Part shown: piece after piece, positions 25,745 through 35,579 of the stretch
Numbering within the stretch: position 1 is the first letter of the stretch
How the letters are laid out: each line of letters begins with the position of its first letter
Assembly: GCA_016192455.1 (NCBI GenBank)
Contig: JACPUC010000014.1
Coordinates: forward strand, 1 to 64,000
Reading direction: 5' to 3'
From: Candidatus Tectimicrobiota bacterium
GTDB taxonomy: Bacteria; JACPUC01
DNA length: 64,000 nt
The notes under the pieces: generated by a model
What the model was told of the DNA's origin: nothing
What the model saw: the letters and a program-made list of their open reading frames with translations, nothing else
Databases searched by the model: none
Program-made: the position numbers and the translations under genes

Positions 25745-28234
25745 CTAGGTCTTCTCCTGCTGATCAGCCTCGGGCGCCGTCGCCTGCCGAGCGTGCCCCG
25801 CAGCCCTCCCGGAAGCCGCCGTTCGCTCGGCAAAGCCGCGCGACACCTGCTCCATGTAGAGCGGCGGCGGCATCCCCTCCTTGGGCTGGCCGAAGTAGAG
25901 CGTTTGGTGCGGGAATGGAATCTCGATGCCGCGCTCGTCGAAGACCTTCTTCATCCGCCGGTTGAACTCGCGCCCCACGTTCCACTGCTTGATCGGCTTG
26001 GTGGTGAGCCGGGCCCGGATGATGACCGCGGAGTCGGCGAAGCGGTCCACTCCCATGATCTCGAGCGGCTCCAGCATATCCGGTCCATAGACCGGGTCCT
26101 TCTGCATCTCCGCGCCGATCTCCTTCAGAATCTCCACCACCTCATCCGTGTTTTCCCGGTAGGCGACGCCGATATCGAGGACATAGCGCGAGAAGTCCTT
26201 CGTCATGTTCGTCACCATCTCCACGCTGCTGTGGGGGATGACGTGCACGCTGCCGGCGAGGTCGCGGATGCGGATGGTGCGCAGGTTAACGTTCTCGACC
26301 AGGCCGCCGGTGCCCTTGAGGATCACCACGTCGCCGACGCGCACGCTGTCCTCGAGGAGGATGAAGAGGCCGGTGATGATGTCCTTCACCAGCGTCTGCG
26401 CGCCGAAGCCCACCGCCAAACCGAGCACCCCGATGCCGGCGAGGATCGGCGTGATGCTGATGCCGACCTGCTCCATGAGGATCAGGAGCGTCAGCCCGAG
26501 GACGCTCCACTTCAAGGTCGTGCGAGCCAGGGGGGCCAGGGTTTTGATCTTCTGCGACGGTTCGACGGTCTCGCCGCTGGGCCGCTGTCGCGGCTGCAGC
26601 ACGGCGTCGACGACGAAGTTGGCCGCCTCGATCACCACGGCGGCAATGGCCAGCGTCAGCGCGATGGTGAAGACTTGCAGCACCAGGCGGATGCCGAGGT
26701 CCGAGAAGAAGAAGCCGAGAAGGTCCACGCCCCAAGCTTCAAAGACGAGGATGGCGACGATCACATAGAGGATAGTGAAGACGATGCCGTTGAGCAGCCG
26801 GATGTAGCGGTTGACGCGCTGCTCAATGCCGGGGAAGCGCCGCCCGACGCCATCCCGGATGGTGAAGAGCTTGCCCAGGAGGCGGGTGAGGAAATGCCGC
26901 GCCAGCAGGCAGAGACAGGCAAGGAGCAGGGTCAGCACCGACGCCCGCAGCAGGAGCGTCAAGGCATGCGGGTAGTTGAGCGCCCAGAGGGCGTAGGCCA
27001 GCACCAGGTAGATGATGGCGATGAGGTCCCAGCGGACCGAGATCAGGTTCCAAAGCAGCAGCACCGTCCGCCACGCCGGCAGGCTCGGTTCCTCCTTCGG
27101 CATGAGGAGGTCGCGCACCTCGCGCCGCTGCTGCAGGATGATGGTGATGAAGAGGAGGACCAGCCCGGCTCCGTAGAGGACGAGCAAGCCATTCGCCCAG
27201 TGCGCCGGCAGCCCCAGGCCGCGCAGGATGACCACCCCGTAGTAGCCGTAGACGCCATAGCCGCTGAGGCGGCGCAACCAGATGGTCCAGTAGAGGGCGC
27301 CCTCGTCGCTCAGGGGAAGGAAGCGCAGCTCCGGCTGCTCAGCCGAGAAGAGGAGCGTTCCCCCCACCATGATGAGGCGGCGCAGGAAGAGCGCCCAGAG
27401 CAAGGCGAGGAGGATCGCCGCACCCTGCGGCGCCGCGCGCAACAAGCTCAAGGCGGCGAAGACCGCCAGCACGAAGACGCCCAGCGCCAGGAGATCGAGG
27501 GCGCCGCGGGTCAGCCCCCCGACCAGCTTGCCGGCGAAGCGCCGCGGCTCCCCTGGCGCGCTGAGGCGCCGACGCACGTGCCTGGCGGGCCGCCCCAGCA
27601 GCCACGCCAGGAGGAGCGCACCTGCCACCGCCACGCCGGCCTTCCAGAGGAAATCGACAAGGCGCACGAGCACGGCGCGGCTGCTGAACTCCACCACGCC
27701 CCGGCGCACCAGCCTGGGAAACTGCCGCAGGTCGGAGGTGACGCGGCGGAGCTGCCCCTGAAAGGCGGCGATGAAGTCCTCGTAGATGCGGACGAACCTG
27801 ATCCCCTCGAGGCGCAGCGGCGTGGCCTCGCCCGCCGTGGCCTGGCGCTCGCGCTCGAGCGCCGCGCGCAATTGGCGGATGAACGTGTCGCGCGCGACAG
27901 GGTCTTCGATGGTTTTCAGGAGGAGCTCGAGGTCGGAGGTCTTCGGTGGAACGGCTGCGGGAAGCTCGGTAGGCTTGGACTCGGTAGCTGGAGCCTTAGC
28001 GGGGGATGCCTTGCCCGAGACAGAGGTGACGGCGGACGATCTCCCCGACGGCGCCGTCGCGGCGGCGCCCCAGGCGGGACCGGCAGCCGGCGTCGGGGCG
28101 ACCACGACGACCGCCAAGGCCACGAGCGCCACCAGCCGGACCAGCCGCCGGACGCGCGTGCGGCCCAGGGCCGAAGGCCACCGACGCCGCCGAGCCATGG
28201 ACGCCGCTCGGCTCCTCCCATCACCAGGCAGCAT
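25745..28234 (-). CDS. Large MscS-family mechanosensitive channel (YbiO-like)
   Basis: Signal peptide, multi-TM region, LAGIGVLGLAVGFGAQTLVKDIITG, VGDVV, IRDLAGSVHVIP, GIEIPFP. Confidence 0.92.
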   Translation of the reverse strand: MLPGDGRSRAASMARRRRWPSALGRTRVRRLVRLVALVALAVVVVAPTPAAGPAWGAAATAPSGRSSAVTSVSGKASPAKAPATESKPTELPAAVPPKTSDLELLLKTIEDPVARDTFIRQLRAALERERQATAGEATPLRLEGIRFVRIYEDFIAAFQGQLRRVTSDLRQFPRLVRRGVVEFSSRAVLVRLVDFLWKAGVAVAGALLLAWLLGRPARHVRRRLSAPGEPRRFAGKLVGGLTRGALDLLALGVFVLAVFAALSLLRAAPQGAAILLALLWALFLRRLIMVGGTLLFSAEQPELRFLPLSDEGALYWTIWLRRLSGYGVYGYYGVVILRGLGLPAHWANGLLVLYGAGLVLLFITIILQQRREVRDLLMPKEEPSLPAWRTVLLLWNLISVRWDLIAIIYLVLAYALWALNYPHALTLLLRASVLTLLLACLCLLARHFLTRLLGKLFTIRDGVGRRFPGIEQRVNRYIRLLNGIVFTILYVIVAILVFEAWGVDLLGFFFSDLGIRLVLQVFTIALTLAIAAVVIEAANFVVDAVLQPRQRPSGETVEPSQKIKTLAPLARTTLKWSVLGLTLLILMEQVGISITPILAGIGVLGLAVGFGAQTLVKDIITGLFILLEDSVRVGDVVILKGTGGLVENVNLRTIRIRDLAGSVHVIPHSSVEMVTNMTKDFSRYVLDIGVAYRENTDEVVEILKEIGAEMQKDPVYGPDMLEPLEIMGVDRFADSAVIIRARLTTKPIKQWNVGREFNRRMKKVFDERGIEIPFPHQTLYFGQPKEGMPPPLYMEQVSRGFAERTAASGRAAGHARQATAPEADQQEKT

Positions 28235-28554
28235 GGCTCGTTCTCGCCTTGCAGCGCTGCGCTAGGTTGCGGGGAACCATCTTGGCGGCTCCCGGCGGCG
28301 AAACCCTCTCCCCGAGGCAAGCGCTCTGCTTGGCGGGCGCCCCGAGGCGCTCGCCCTGGCGCGGCCACCACCTGCCGGCCGACCCTTGCCCGATGGCGCG
28401 GCCCGCGCCGGCAGCGGAGCCGCGCGGAGGGGCTGCGCCCTGGCGGCATCACGCTTCTGCGTGCCTCGCTGCACCATCCTACCACATCTCGCCGCGGCCG
28501 CGAGGGGAACTCAGGTCTGCCCCAGCGGGAGGGCGCCACGCCGCGCCTTCTTCC

Positions 28555-29523
28555 TTACTCTGTCACGCTTACCTGGCTCGCCTGGAAGGTCTCCATCGCC
28601 CAGGCGGCGCGCGACTCCGCGCTCTCGAAGAGCCGGCCGGGGGCGGCATCGACGCGCTGCAAGCGCTCGAGCAGGCCGCTCTCGTTGGCGAGCTGAATGG
28701 CCAGACCCGGCCGCGCGTTGAGCTCGAGGAGGAGGGGGCCGCGCTGCTCATCCAGCACGAGGTCGACGCCGAGGTAGCCGAGCCCCGCCAGCTCGTAACA
28801 GCGCGCGGCGAGGTGAAGCATCGTCGGCCAGTGGGGGACGAGGAGGCCGCGCACCGCCGCGCCGGTGTCGGGATGGTGTGTGACGACGCGGTCCCGGCAG
28901 ACCGCCGACAGCGTCGTGCCGCGTCCCAGGTCAATTCCCGCGCCCAAGGCGCCGCGGTGCAGGTTCGCCTTGCCATCGGAGGCGCGCGTCGGCAGCCGAA
29001 TCATCCCCATGACCGGCACCCCGCGGTAGACGACGATGCGGATATCCGGCACGCCCCGATAGGTGAGCGCCGCAAAGACGGGGTCGGGATGGATGAGCTC
29101 CTCGAGGATGGCCCGATCGGCCAGGCCGGCAAGGGAGAAGATGCCGGAGAGGATGCTCGAGATGTGGTACGCAAGGTCCTCGGGGCTGATCACCTCGCCG
29201 CTCGTCGTAACGAAGCCGGCCTGCACGCGCTTCGTGATGAGGACGATGCCGCTTCCCTGACAGCCGCGCGCGGGCTTCAGGGCGAACTCTTGCGTGCCCT
29301 GCAAGCGCTCCTCGAAGCCTCTGATCTCCGCCGTCCGCTCGATGACGAGGAGGAGGCGGGGGATGGGAATGCCCTGAGCCCCAGCGAGCTGTTTGGTGAG
29401 CACCTTGTCATCGACGCGGGGGTAGAGCGCCCGGGGATTGCAGCGGCTGAGGAACTCGGCATTGCGGCGGTTGATGCCGAGCACGCCGGCGTTGCGGAGC
29501 TGGCGCGCCAGGGCAAGGATCAT
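28555..29523 (-). CDS. Alpha-L-glutamate ligase-like ATP-grasp protein (RimK-related)
   Basis: GVLGINRRN, YPRVDDKVLTK, KPARGCQGSGI, GVPDIRI, ANLHRGALG, GYLGVD, LELNARPGLAIQLAN. Confidence 0.92.
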   Translation of the reverse strand: MILALARQLRNAGVLGINRRNAEFLSRCNPRALYPRVDDKVLTKQLAGAQGIPIPRLLLVIERTAEIRGFEERLQGTQEFALKPARGCQGSGIVLITKRVQAGFVTTSGEVISPEDLAYHISSILSGIFSLAGLADRAILEELIHPDPVFAALTYRGVPDIRIVVYRGVPVMGMIRLPTRASDGKANLHRGALGAGIDLGRGTTLSAVCRDRVVTHHPDTGAAVRGLLVPHWPTMLHLAARCYELAGLGYLGVDLVLDEQRGPLLLELNARPGLAIQLANESGLLERLQRVDAAPGRLFESAESRAAWAMETFQASQVSVTE

Positions 29524-31088
29524 GCCCGGGCTCTCCCCGGCGCGCCGATGGGCCGGAAGCGCAGCAGCTCCAGGAGCTTGAAGCCGGTGTAGCGGCCCAG
29601 CAAGACCTGCAGCGCCATCACCATGGCGAGCAGTTCGGGGTAGACGAAAAAGGTAAGCTGCAGGGTATCGGAGTGGATCAGGAAATAGGTGATGACCGAC
29701 ACGGCCGCGCTTCCCGCTACGGTGCGCAGACCTTCGCGCACCCCGGCTTCCTCCAGGAGCACATAGAAGCGCTCGATGATCATTGTCAAGATCACGATCG
29801 GCAGCAGGCCCGTGGACATGAATTGCTGGTTTTCCAGCTTGCTTCCCAACAAGGCGAGGTAGAGGAGGGCGACGATCACCAGGGTGAGCATGATCGACAG
29901 GCGCGGCACCATGAGGAGGCGCAGATGGTTCAGCAGCCGCCGAATGAGGTAGCCGAACAGCATGATGCCGACGAAGAGGCCCAGGCCATAGAGCAGCCCG
30001 GTGGCGCGGAAGGAGATCGCCAGGAGGACGGGCATGAAGATACCGAAGGTGGGGAAGCCAACGAGGTTGCGCAGGGCGGCCGTGAAGAGTGCCGCAATGG
30101 GAACGAGGAGGAGGACGCTGAACGCCTCGCGAGTTTCTTCCGGCAGGGTGAAGAGCGACCAGCGATCGAGCAAGCGGTTGGAGCGCGTCAGCCGCTCGTA
30201 GTGGAGGAACCAGTTGCTCACCGGTCGGCGCCTGACGGTCCAGCGCGCCTGCAGGAGCTTCCCCTGGCGTACGGTGAGCGCCTCCTCCCCATCCCGCGCC
30301 AGCGGAAGGTACTGCACCGAGCGCCCGGAGGGCAAACCAGACTCGGCGGAGATGCGTGCCCACTCCTTCCCAACCCACACCTCCACCCACTCCAACGGGG
30401 CCGAGCGGACACTCCTGCCGAGGGGAAGCCCCTGGACCTGCCGCGCGGGCAGCTCCGCAGCGCGCAGGAGGAGGAGGAAGGCCTGCAGCGGACCCCGCTC
30501 CGCAGACATGCTGGACCACTGCCGGATATCCTCCGCCGCCGCCTCCACGTCACTCCACTCCCCACCCAGCGTCTGCGCCGCCGCTGCAAGCCGCTGTTGC
30601 GGCGGCCGGCGCCGCCAGCGTGCCACTAATCGTTCCAATGCGGCGCGCTCAGCAGGTGGAAGGTCCGGCGGGTACGTCTGCAGCTCCGGCGCCTTCAACC
30701 TCGGCGTTACGCCTCGTCCTGCTGGGAGGTGGATGATCGCCTGATACCCAATGATCGCCTCGTCTTCGCTGGGCGGGCCAGACCAGACGCCGAGGCGTCG
30801 CCCTTCGCTCACGACCATGTGCGCGTCGAGAACGCCGGAGGTGAGCTGCTCGTTCATGACGATGCTTTCCCCCCGGCTCTGCGGCAGGATGAGCTGCGCC
30901 AGCACGCCTCGCGCGTCGGGGCGAACCAAGGCGCGGACCGAGACCTCCCAGGTGCGCCCGGGGGCGGTGGGGATGGGGGGGTAGCCGAGCCCCACGATGC
31001 GATACGTGACCAACAGCGCCGGCAGGAGCAGGAGCACGCCGGCCACCATCCCCGCCGCGTTCCGCTTCACGGCGTCTGCCCCGGACAT
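29520..31088 (-). CDS. Inactive transglutaminase domain fused to 7 TM helices
   Basis: LRAAELPARQVQG...WVEVW transglutaminase-like core without the catalytic Cys/His, then LRNLVGFPTFGIFMPVL, LLMVPRL, PIVILTMIIER, LLGRYTGFKLLEL. Confidence 0.9.
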   Translation of the reverse strand: MSGADAVKRNAAGMVAGVLLLLPALLVTYRIVGLGYPPIPTAPGRTWEVSVRALVRPDARGVLAQLILPQSRGESIVMNEQLTSGVLDAHMVVSEGRRLGVWSGPPSEDEAIIGYQAIIHLPAGRGVTPRLKAPELQTYPPDLPPAERAALERLVARWRRRPPQQRLAAAAQTLGGEWSDVEAAAEDIRQWSSMSAERGPLQAFLLLLRAAELPARQVQGLPLGRSVRSAPLEWVEVWVGKEWARISAESGLPSGRSVQYLPLARDGEEALTVRQGKLLQARWTVRRRPVSNWFLHYERLTRSNRLLDRWSLFTLPEETREAFSVLLLVPIAALFTAALRNLVGFPTFGIFMPVLLAISFRATGLLYGLGLFVGIMLFGYLIRRLLNHLRLLMVPRLSIMLTLVIVALLYLALLGSKLENQQFMSTGLLPIVILTMIIERFYVLLEEAGVREGLRTVAGSAAVSVITYFLIHSDTLQLTFFVYPELLAMVMALQVLLGRYTGFKLLELLRFRPIGAPGRARA

Positions 31089-31660
31089 GTCGGCGGCAGC
31101 AGGCGCTCGCTGCGCACATCGACGAGGAAGTCGTGCTCGAGGACGCGCCGGCCGACGAGCATGGGGAAACGCAGGTGCGAGCGATCGACGAGGTTGACGA
31201 GGATGCGCAGCCGTTTCGGCCCCAGACAGAGCTCCAGCTCGACCACCGGACGACGCTGCGGCTCGCCGCGGTCCTTGATCGTCCGCCACTGCGCAACGGG
31301 CAGGCGCAGGTGCAGACCCCCGTAAGCTGGCGGCAGATCGAACTCGACGATCCCGTCCTCCGCCTTGAGATTGCGCGCATCCATGGAGGAGGTGCGGGCG
31401 CCGGTGTCGATGCGCGCCGGCAGCTTCACTCCCCAGGGCAGGAGGATGACATCCTCCACCCCGCCGATGGTCACCTGGGAGGGAGGCTGCGTCTTCTGCC
31501 TGGCGCCCACCTCACGCACCGGGGACCCCAGCATGCCGCCAAGAACGAGCCAGAGGCCGCACCCCCAGGACAGGAGCCGGCGGCAGAGCGCCGTGGCCTC
31601 CCATGCGCCCCCGGCTCGCCGCCCTGCAGCCCAGCTTCGCCGCCGCGCTTCCTGCGGCAT
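31067..31660 (-). CDS. Exported retropepsin-like aspartic peptidase ('ATP-dependent zinc protease' family)
   Basis: ARIDTGARTSSMDA, RPVVELELC, VNLVDRS, MLVGR; hydrophobic N-terminus; GAGGAGG RBS. Confidence 0.88.
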   Translation of the reverse strand: MPQEARRRSWAAGRRAGGAWEATALCRRLLSWGCGLWLVLGGMLGSPVREVGARQKTQPPSQVTIGGVEDVILLPWGVKLPARIDTGARTSSMDARNLKAEDGIVEFDLPPAYGGLHLRLPVAQWRTIKDRGEPQRRPVVELELCLGPKRLRILVNLVDRSHLRFPMLVGRRVLEHDFLVDVRSERLLPPTCPGQTP

Positions 31661-31964
31661 CGGCCCCTCCTCCCAGGCAAACCTACCCTCGCGGCGGCAA
31701 CGGCTATCCGGCTGCACCGCCGGCGCCGCCCTTGCTTCCCGGTTGACCACTGCTGCGAACGAAGAGAAAATGGCAAGGCAAATGTAAGCTACTCAGCAGG
31801 CATTGACAAGGAAGCGCCGTTTCGGTCACCCGCCCGCCCGCGAGGCCGCGCCGCCTGGAAGCCAAGGGATCTCCAGGTTTCGGACCTTGGCTCCGGGGTC
31901 CCCGTGGATGCTGGGGCCGCCTCGCTGTCCTGCACGCCCCGCGGCCCGGAAGAGGAGGAGAACC

Positions 31965-32255
31965 ATGGCCCAACCGGAACACGCGAAGGGACGCGGCATC
32001 GCCTGGCTGGCCCTGCTGATCGCGCTCGTCGCCCTGGTGCTGAGCATCATCGCTTACCAGAGGACCGGCGGGCTGCGGCCCCTCCAGCAACAGGTGGAAC
32101 GGCTGCGCACGGAGGTTCCTGAGCGGGCGCGCAAGGAGGCCGCGGAGGCCCTGGGGCGCCTGCAGGAGAAACTCCGCCCCAAGCCCGACGCCACTCCGGC
32201 CGAGAAGGCGGCGCCCGGGGGAGCGCCCGGCGCGCCGCAGCCAGCGAAACCCTAA
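31965..32255 (+). CDS. Small single-TM hypothetical protein with coiled-coil tail
   Basis: GAGGAGGAG RBS; IAWLALLIALVALVLSIIAY TM helix; ends 27 bp before corA. Confidence 0.75.
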   Translation: MAQPEHAKGRGIAWLALLIALVALVLSIIAYQRTGGLRPLQQQVERLRTEVPERARKEAAEALGRLQEKLRPKPDATPAEKAAPGGAPGAPQPAKP

Positions 32256-32282
32256 CGCACCGAGAAGGGGGAAGAGCAGCGC

Positions 32283-33257
32283 ATGTCCTCACTGCAGATG
32301 CATCTCTTCGCCATGGCTGAGGCCGGCGCGGCACGCCGCCTCGAAGTGGCGGCCGTGCCCCAACTCTTGCAGGAGAAGACGCCATTTTGGCTCGATCTCG
32401 AGGGGCCGCCCCACGAGGGCATCCCCCTCTTGGCACAACACTTCCCCTTCCACCCCCTCGCCCTCGAAGACTGCGAGCATAACAACACCCAGCCGAAGCT
32501 CGAGGAGTATCCTGATCACCTCTTCCTCCTCCTGCATGCTCTGAACTTCAATGTCGAGCGGTACATCCTCGATCACCTCGGGATCGGCGTCTTCCTCGGC
32601 GCCTCCTACGTGGTCACCGTGCACGACCAGCCGATGCGCAGCGTCACGGCGGTCCGAGACGTGCTCGACAAGGGAGGGAAGCTGCTCAGCCTCGGCGTGG
32701 ACCGGGTGGCCCACGCCATCATCGATCGCTTCGTCGACCACTACTTTGAAGCCATCGACGCCATCGACGAGCGGCTCGAGGAGCTCGAGCAGGCCATCTT
32801 CAGCAACCAGACCGAGGGCATCCTCCAGCCGGTCTTCGACAGCAAGAAACAGCTCCTCGCCATGCGGCGCATGGTGGCGCCGCAACGCGAGATGCTCAGC
32901 CTCCTGATGAGCCATGACTTCCCGTTCATCCAGGCCTCGTCCTTGCCCTACTTCCGCGACATCCTCGACCACATCTACCGCATCAGCGAGCGCATTGAGA
33001 TGAACCGCGACCTGCTGACGGGAGCGCTGGAAATCCATCTCACCCAGCTCTCCAATCGCCTGGGCGCGGTGATGAAGACGCTCAGCGTCATCGCCACCAT
33101 CATGCTGCCGCTCACCTTCATCACCGGCGTCTTCGGCATGAATTTCAAGTTCATCCCGGGGCTGGAGTGGCCTGCCTCTTTCTGGGTGCTCCTGGGGTTC
33201 ATGGCCACCCTGAGCGGGGTGCTGCTGTACATCTTCGGCAGGAAGAAGTGGATGTAG
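32283..33257 (+). CDS. corA: Magnesium/cobalt transporter CorA
   Basis: FHPLALED, PKLEEY, YFRDILDH, MKTLSVIATIMLPLTFITGVFGMNF (GMN), terminal KKWM. Confidence 0.95.
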   Translation: MSSLQMHLFAMAEAGAARRLEVAAVPQLLQEKTPFWLDLEGPPHEGIPLLAQHFPFHPLALEDCEHNNTQPKLEEYPDHLFLLLHALNFNVERYILDHLGIGVFLGASYVVTVHDQPMRSVTAVRDVLDKGGKLLSLGVDRVAHAIIDRFVDHYFEAIDAIDERLEELEQAIFSNQTEGILQPVFDSKKQLLAMRRMVAPQREMLSLLMSHDFPFIQASSLPYFRDILDHIYRISERIEMNRDLLTGALEIHLTQLSNRLGAVMKTLSVIATIMLPLTFITGVFGMNFKFIPGLEWPASFWVLLGFMATLSGVLLYIFGRKKWM

Positions 33258-33509
33258 CCCTGCCTGCGGTCGTCTCCAGGCCGCGAGCCGCAGCGCGCAA
33301 CCTTCGCCCCCCTGCCCCACCCCACCCCCACTCCCGGCAAGCAGCCCCACTCCGCCTTCGCCAGCGCGGCGCAGTCCTGGCGCTCATAATGCGGGGGAGT
33401 ATGGCTTGGCCAAACGATCGCCCGACGGCAGGGCGCGGCGGAGAGGGCGAAGGATCGCAGCTCATTCTTCCGGCCTGGAATGAATTACCGGGACCTTCGG
33501 CGCGGCGCC

Positions 33510-35090
33510 TCAGGGAGGCGGAAGATCGCCGCCGGGGAGGCGACCGTAGGTCTCCGTAAGCAGGCGCAGGCGGGCGGCGAGCTCGGCGCTCCAGGCGCCC
33601 TGGGGGAGTCGCCACTCCCAGTTGCCCCTGGCGGTCGCCGGCACGTTCATGCGCGCCTCCGATCCCAGGCCGAGGAGGTCCGGCATGGGCACGATCGCCA
33701 CGTCGGCCACCGACATCATGGCGACACTCACCATGGCCCAGTGCAAGTCCCGCCGCGCCGTTTCGGGCAGGCCGAGGTAGCGCAGGGCGAGGGCGCGCTC
33801 GCGCTGCCGCTGCCGGCGCCCCTGACGCGGCGACGCCGACTCCGCCCGGGCGAACCAGCCAGCGATCGTGTCGTTGTCATGCGTGCCGGTGTAGACAACG
33901 CAGCGGCGGGGATAGCTGTGCGGCAGGTGGTAGGCCGAACCTGCCTCACCGCCGAAGCCGAACTGCAGGACGCGCAGACCTGGGAAACCAAAGCGGTCGC
34001 GCAGCGCCGCCACCTCCTTGGTGATGATGCCGAGGTCCTCGGCGATGAAGCGCCGCGGCCCCAGCGCCGCGAGGGCCGCCTCGAAGAGCCGCGCGCCGGG
34101 GCCCTCTACCCAGCGGCCATGCCGGGCGGTGCGCGCCCGGCCCGGCACTTCCCAGTACCTGCAGAAGCCGATGAAGTGGTCGAGGCGCACGGCGTCGACG
34201 TGCGCGAAGGCGCGCCGGAAGCGCGCCAGCCACCAGTCGTAGCCGCGCTCCCGCAGCACCTCCCAGCGGTAGAGCGGGTTGCCCCAGAGCTGGCCCGTGC
34301 TGCTGAAGTAGTCGGGGGGCACGCCGGCGACATGCGTCGGCAAGCCCGAGGCATCAAGCAGGAAGAGCTCCTGGTTGGCCCACACGTCGGCGCTCTCCAG
34401 GGCGACGTAGATGGGGAGATCGCCGATCAGCCCGATGCCGCGGCAGGCGCACCGCCGCCGCAGTTCCTCCCATTGGCGATGGAAGGTGTACTGCAGGAAG
34501 ATGCGGAAGCTGATCTCCGCCCCGAGGTCGCGCCGCAGGCGCCTCAGGGCCGCGGGCCGACGCCGCCGCGCCGCCGGGTCCCAGGTGGTCCAGGGGCGGC
34601 CGCCGCAGCGCCGGCGCAGGCTGGCGTAGAGGGCATACTCCGGCAGCCAGGCACCCTGCGCCTCGCAGAACGCCGCGAGGGAGGCTCGCGCCGCCGCGCC
34701 GCCGTCGCGCTCGAAGGCCGTGAAGGCCCGAAACAACCTGCCGCGCTTGAAACGCACGACCGCCGGGTAGCGCACGCGAAGAGGCGTCAGCGCCGTGCCC
34801 GGCTTCAGGTCTTTGGCGCCGAGGAGCCCCTCCGCCGCGAGCCGCTCCAGGCTGATGAAGAGGGGGCTGCCGGCGAAGACGGAGAGCGGCATGTACGGGG
34901 AGTTCCCCTTGCCGACGGGAGAAATCGGCAGGAGCTGCCACCAGCGCTGACCGGCCGCGGCCAGGAAGTCGACAAAGGCATGCGCCGCCGGCCCCAGATC
35001 GCCGATGCCATGCCCGCCCGGCAGCGAGCTGAGGTGCAGGAGGATGCCGCTGGAGCGCGGCCAGAGCTGCTGGTCCTGCATGGGTGTCAT
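33510..35090 (-). CDS. malQ: 4-alpha-glucanotransferase (amylomaltase, GH77)
   Basis: [63 protein letters not shown]. Confidence 0.95.
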   Translation of the reverse strand: MTPMQDQQLWPRSSGILLHLSSLPGGHGIGDLGPAAHAFVDFLAAAGQRWWQLLPISPVGKGNSPYMPLSVFAGSPLFISLERLAAEGLLGAKDLKPGTALTPLRVRYPAVVRFKRGRLFRAFTAFERDGGAAARASLAAFCEAQGAWLPEYALYASLRRRCGGRPWTTWDPAARRRRPAALRRLRRDLGAEISFRIFLQYTFHRQWEELRRRCACRGIGLIGDLPIYVALESADVWANQELFLLDASGLPTHVAGVPPDYFSSTGQLWGNPLYRWEVLRERGYDWWLARFRRAFAHVDAVRLDHFIGFCRYWEVPGRARTARHGRWVEGPGARLFEAALAALGPRRFIAEDLGIITKEVAALRDRFGFPGLRVLQFGFGGEAGSAYHLPHSYPRRCVVYTGTHDNDTIAGWFARAESASPRQGRRQRQRERALALRYLGLPETARRDLHWAMVSVAMMSVADVAIVPMPDLLGLGSEARMNVPATARGNWEWRLPQGAWSAELAARLRLLTETYGRLPGGDLPPP

Positions 35091-35194
35091 CCTCCTCGTT
35101 CGAGAAAGGCCACCGGCAGCCGGTCGAAAAGCCTCGCCAGCGGCAGGACGTTCCACTACCCACGCCGCTCCTCGAGGCAGGCATGAGGCGCCGC

Positions 35195-35356
35195 CAGCCG
35201 GCGCGGGCGCGCGCCAGCGGCGAGGCGTAGAGATGGCTGATGCCGAGTTCGGCGAGGTAGTCAACGAGGGACGTTGCCTGGGCCAGGGTGCCGTCGCGGT
35301 TCAATTGCAGGCGGTACGTTGCGCTGGGGATGGAGGGCGGAACGGGCGGCAGCCAT
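35195..35356 (-). pseudogene. treY: 5' remnant of malto-oligosyltrehalose synthase
   Basis: Frame reads [45 protein letters not shown], the typical TreY N-terminus, then similarity stops; nearest upstream ATG (~35356) is out of frame. Confidence 0.85.
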
Positions 35357-35579
35357 GGCGGCTCGTTCTGCTATCTGGTCCTCGGCAGCCGAGGCGAGGG
35401 TGGGCGGATGCCCGGCAAAACCTCCACCACGCGCCCCGACCGGAGGCGCCCGCAGCCGCAACCTCAGCGGCGGACGAGGATTCCCTTCTCTTCCACCAGC
35501 CGCGTGGCATTCCCTGGGGCATCCTACCTACACCCGCACGCCGGCACGGTCTGGAGCCGGGCAGCGAACCGCCACCCTC

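Noticed and set aside
29524-30519. Apparent fusion or extension of the ATP-grasp ligase (654-aa ORF)
   Set aside because: Alternate frame within the 7TM gene; recognisable sequence starts at the ATG at 29523
31771-31787. sigma54-like TGGCAAG-N4-ATGTA site, plus near matches around 17393 and 47182
   Set aside because: The conserved GC at -12 is missing or the GG-N10-GC spacing is wrong
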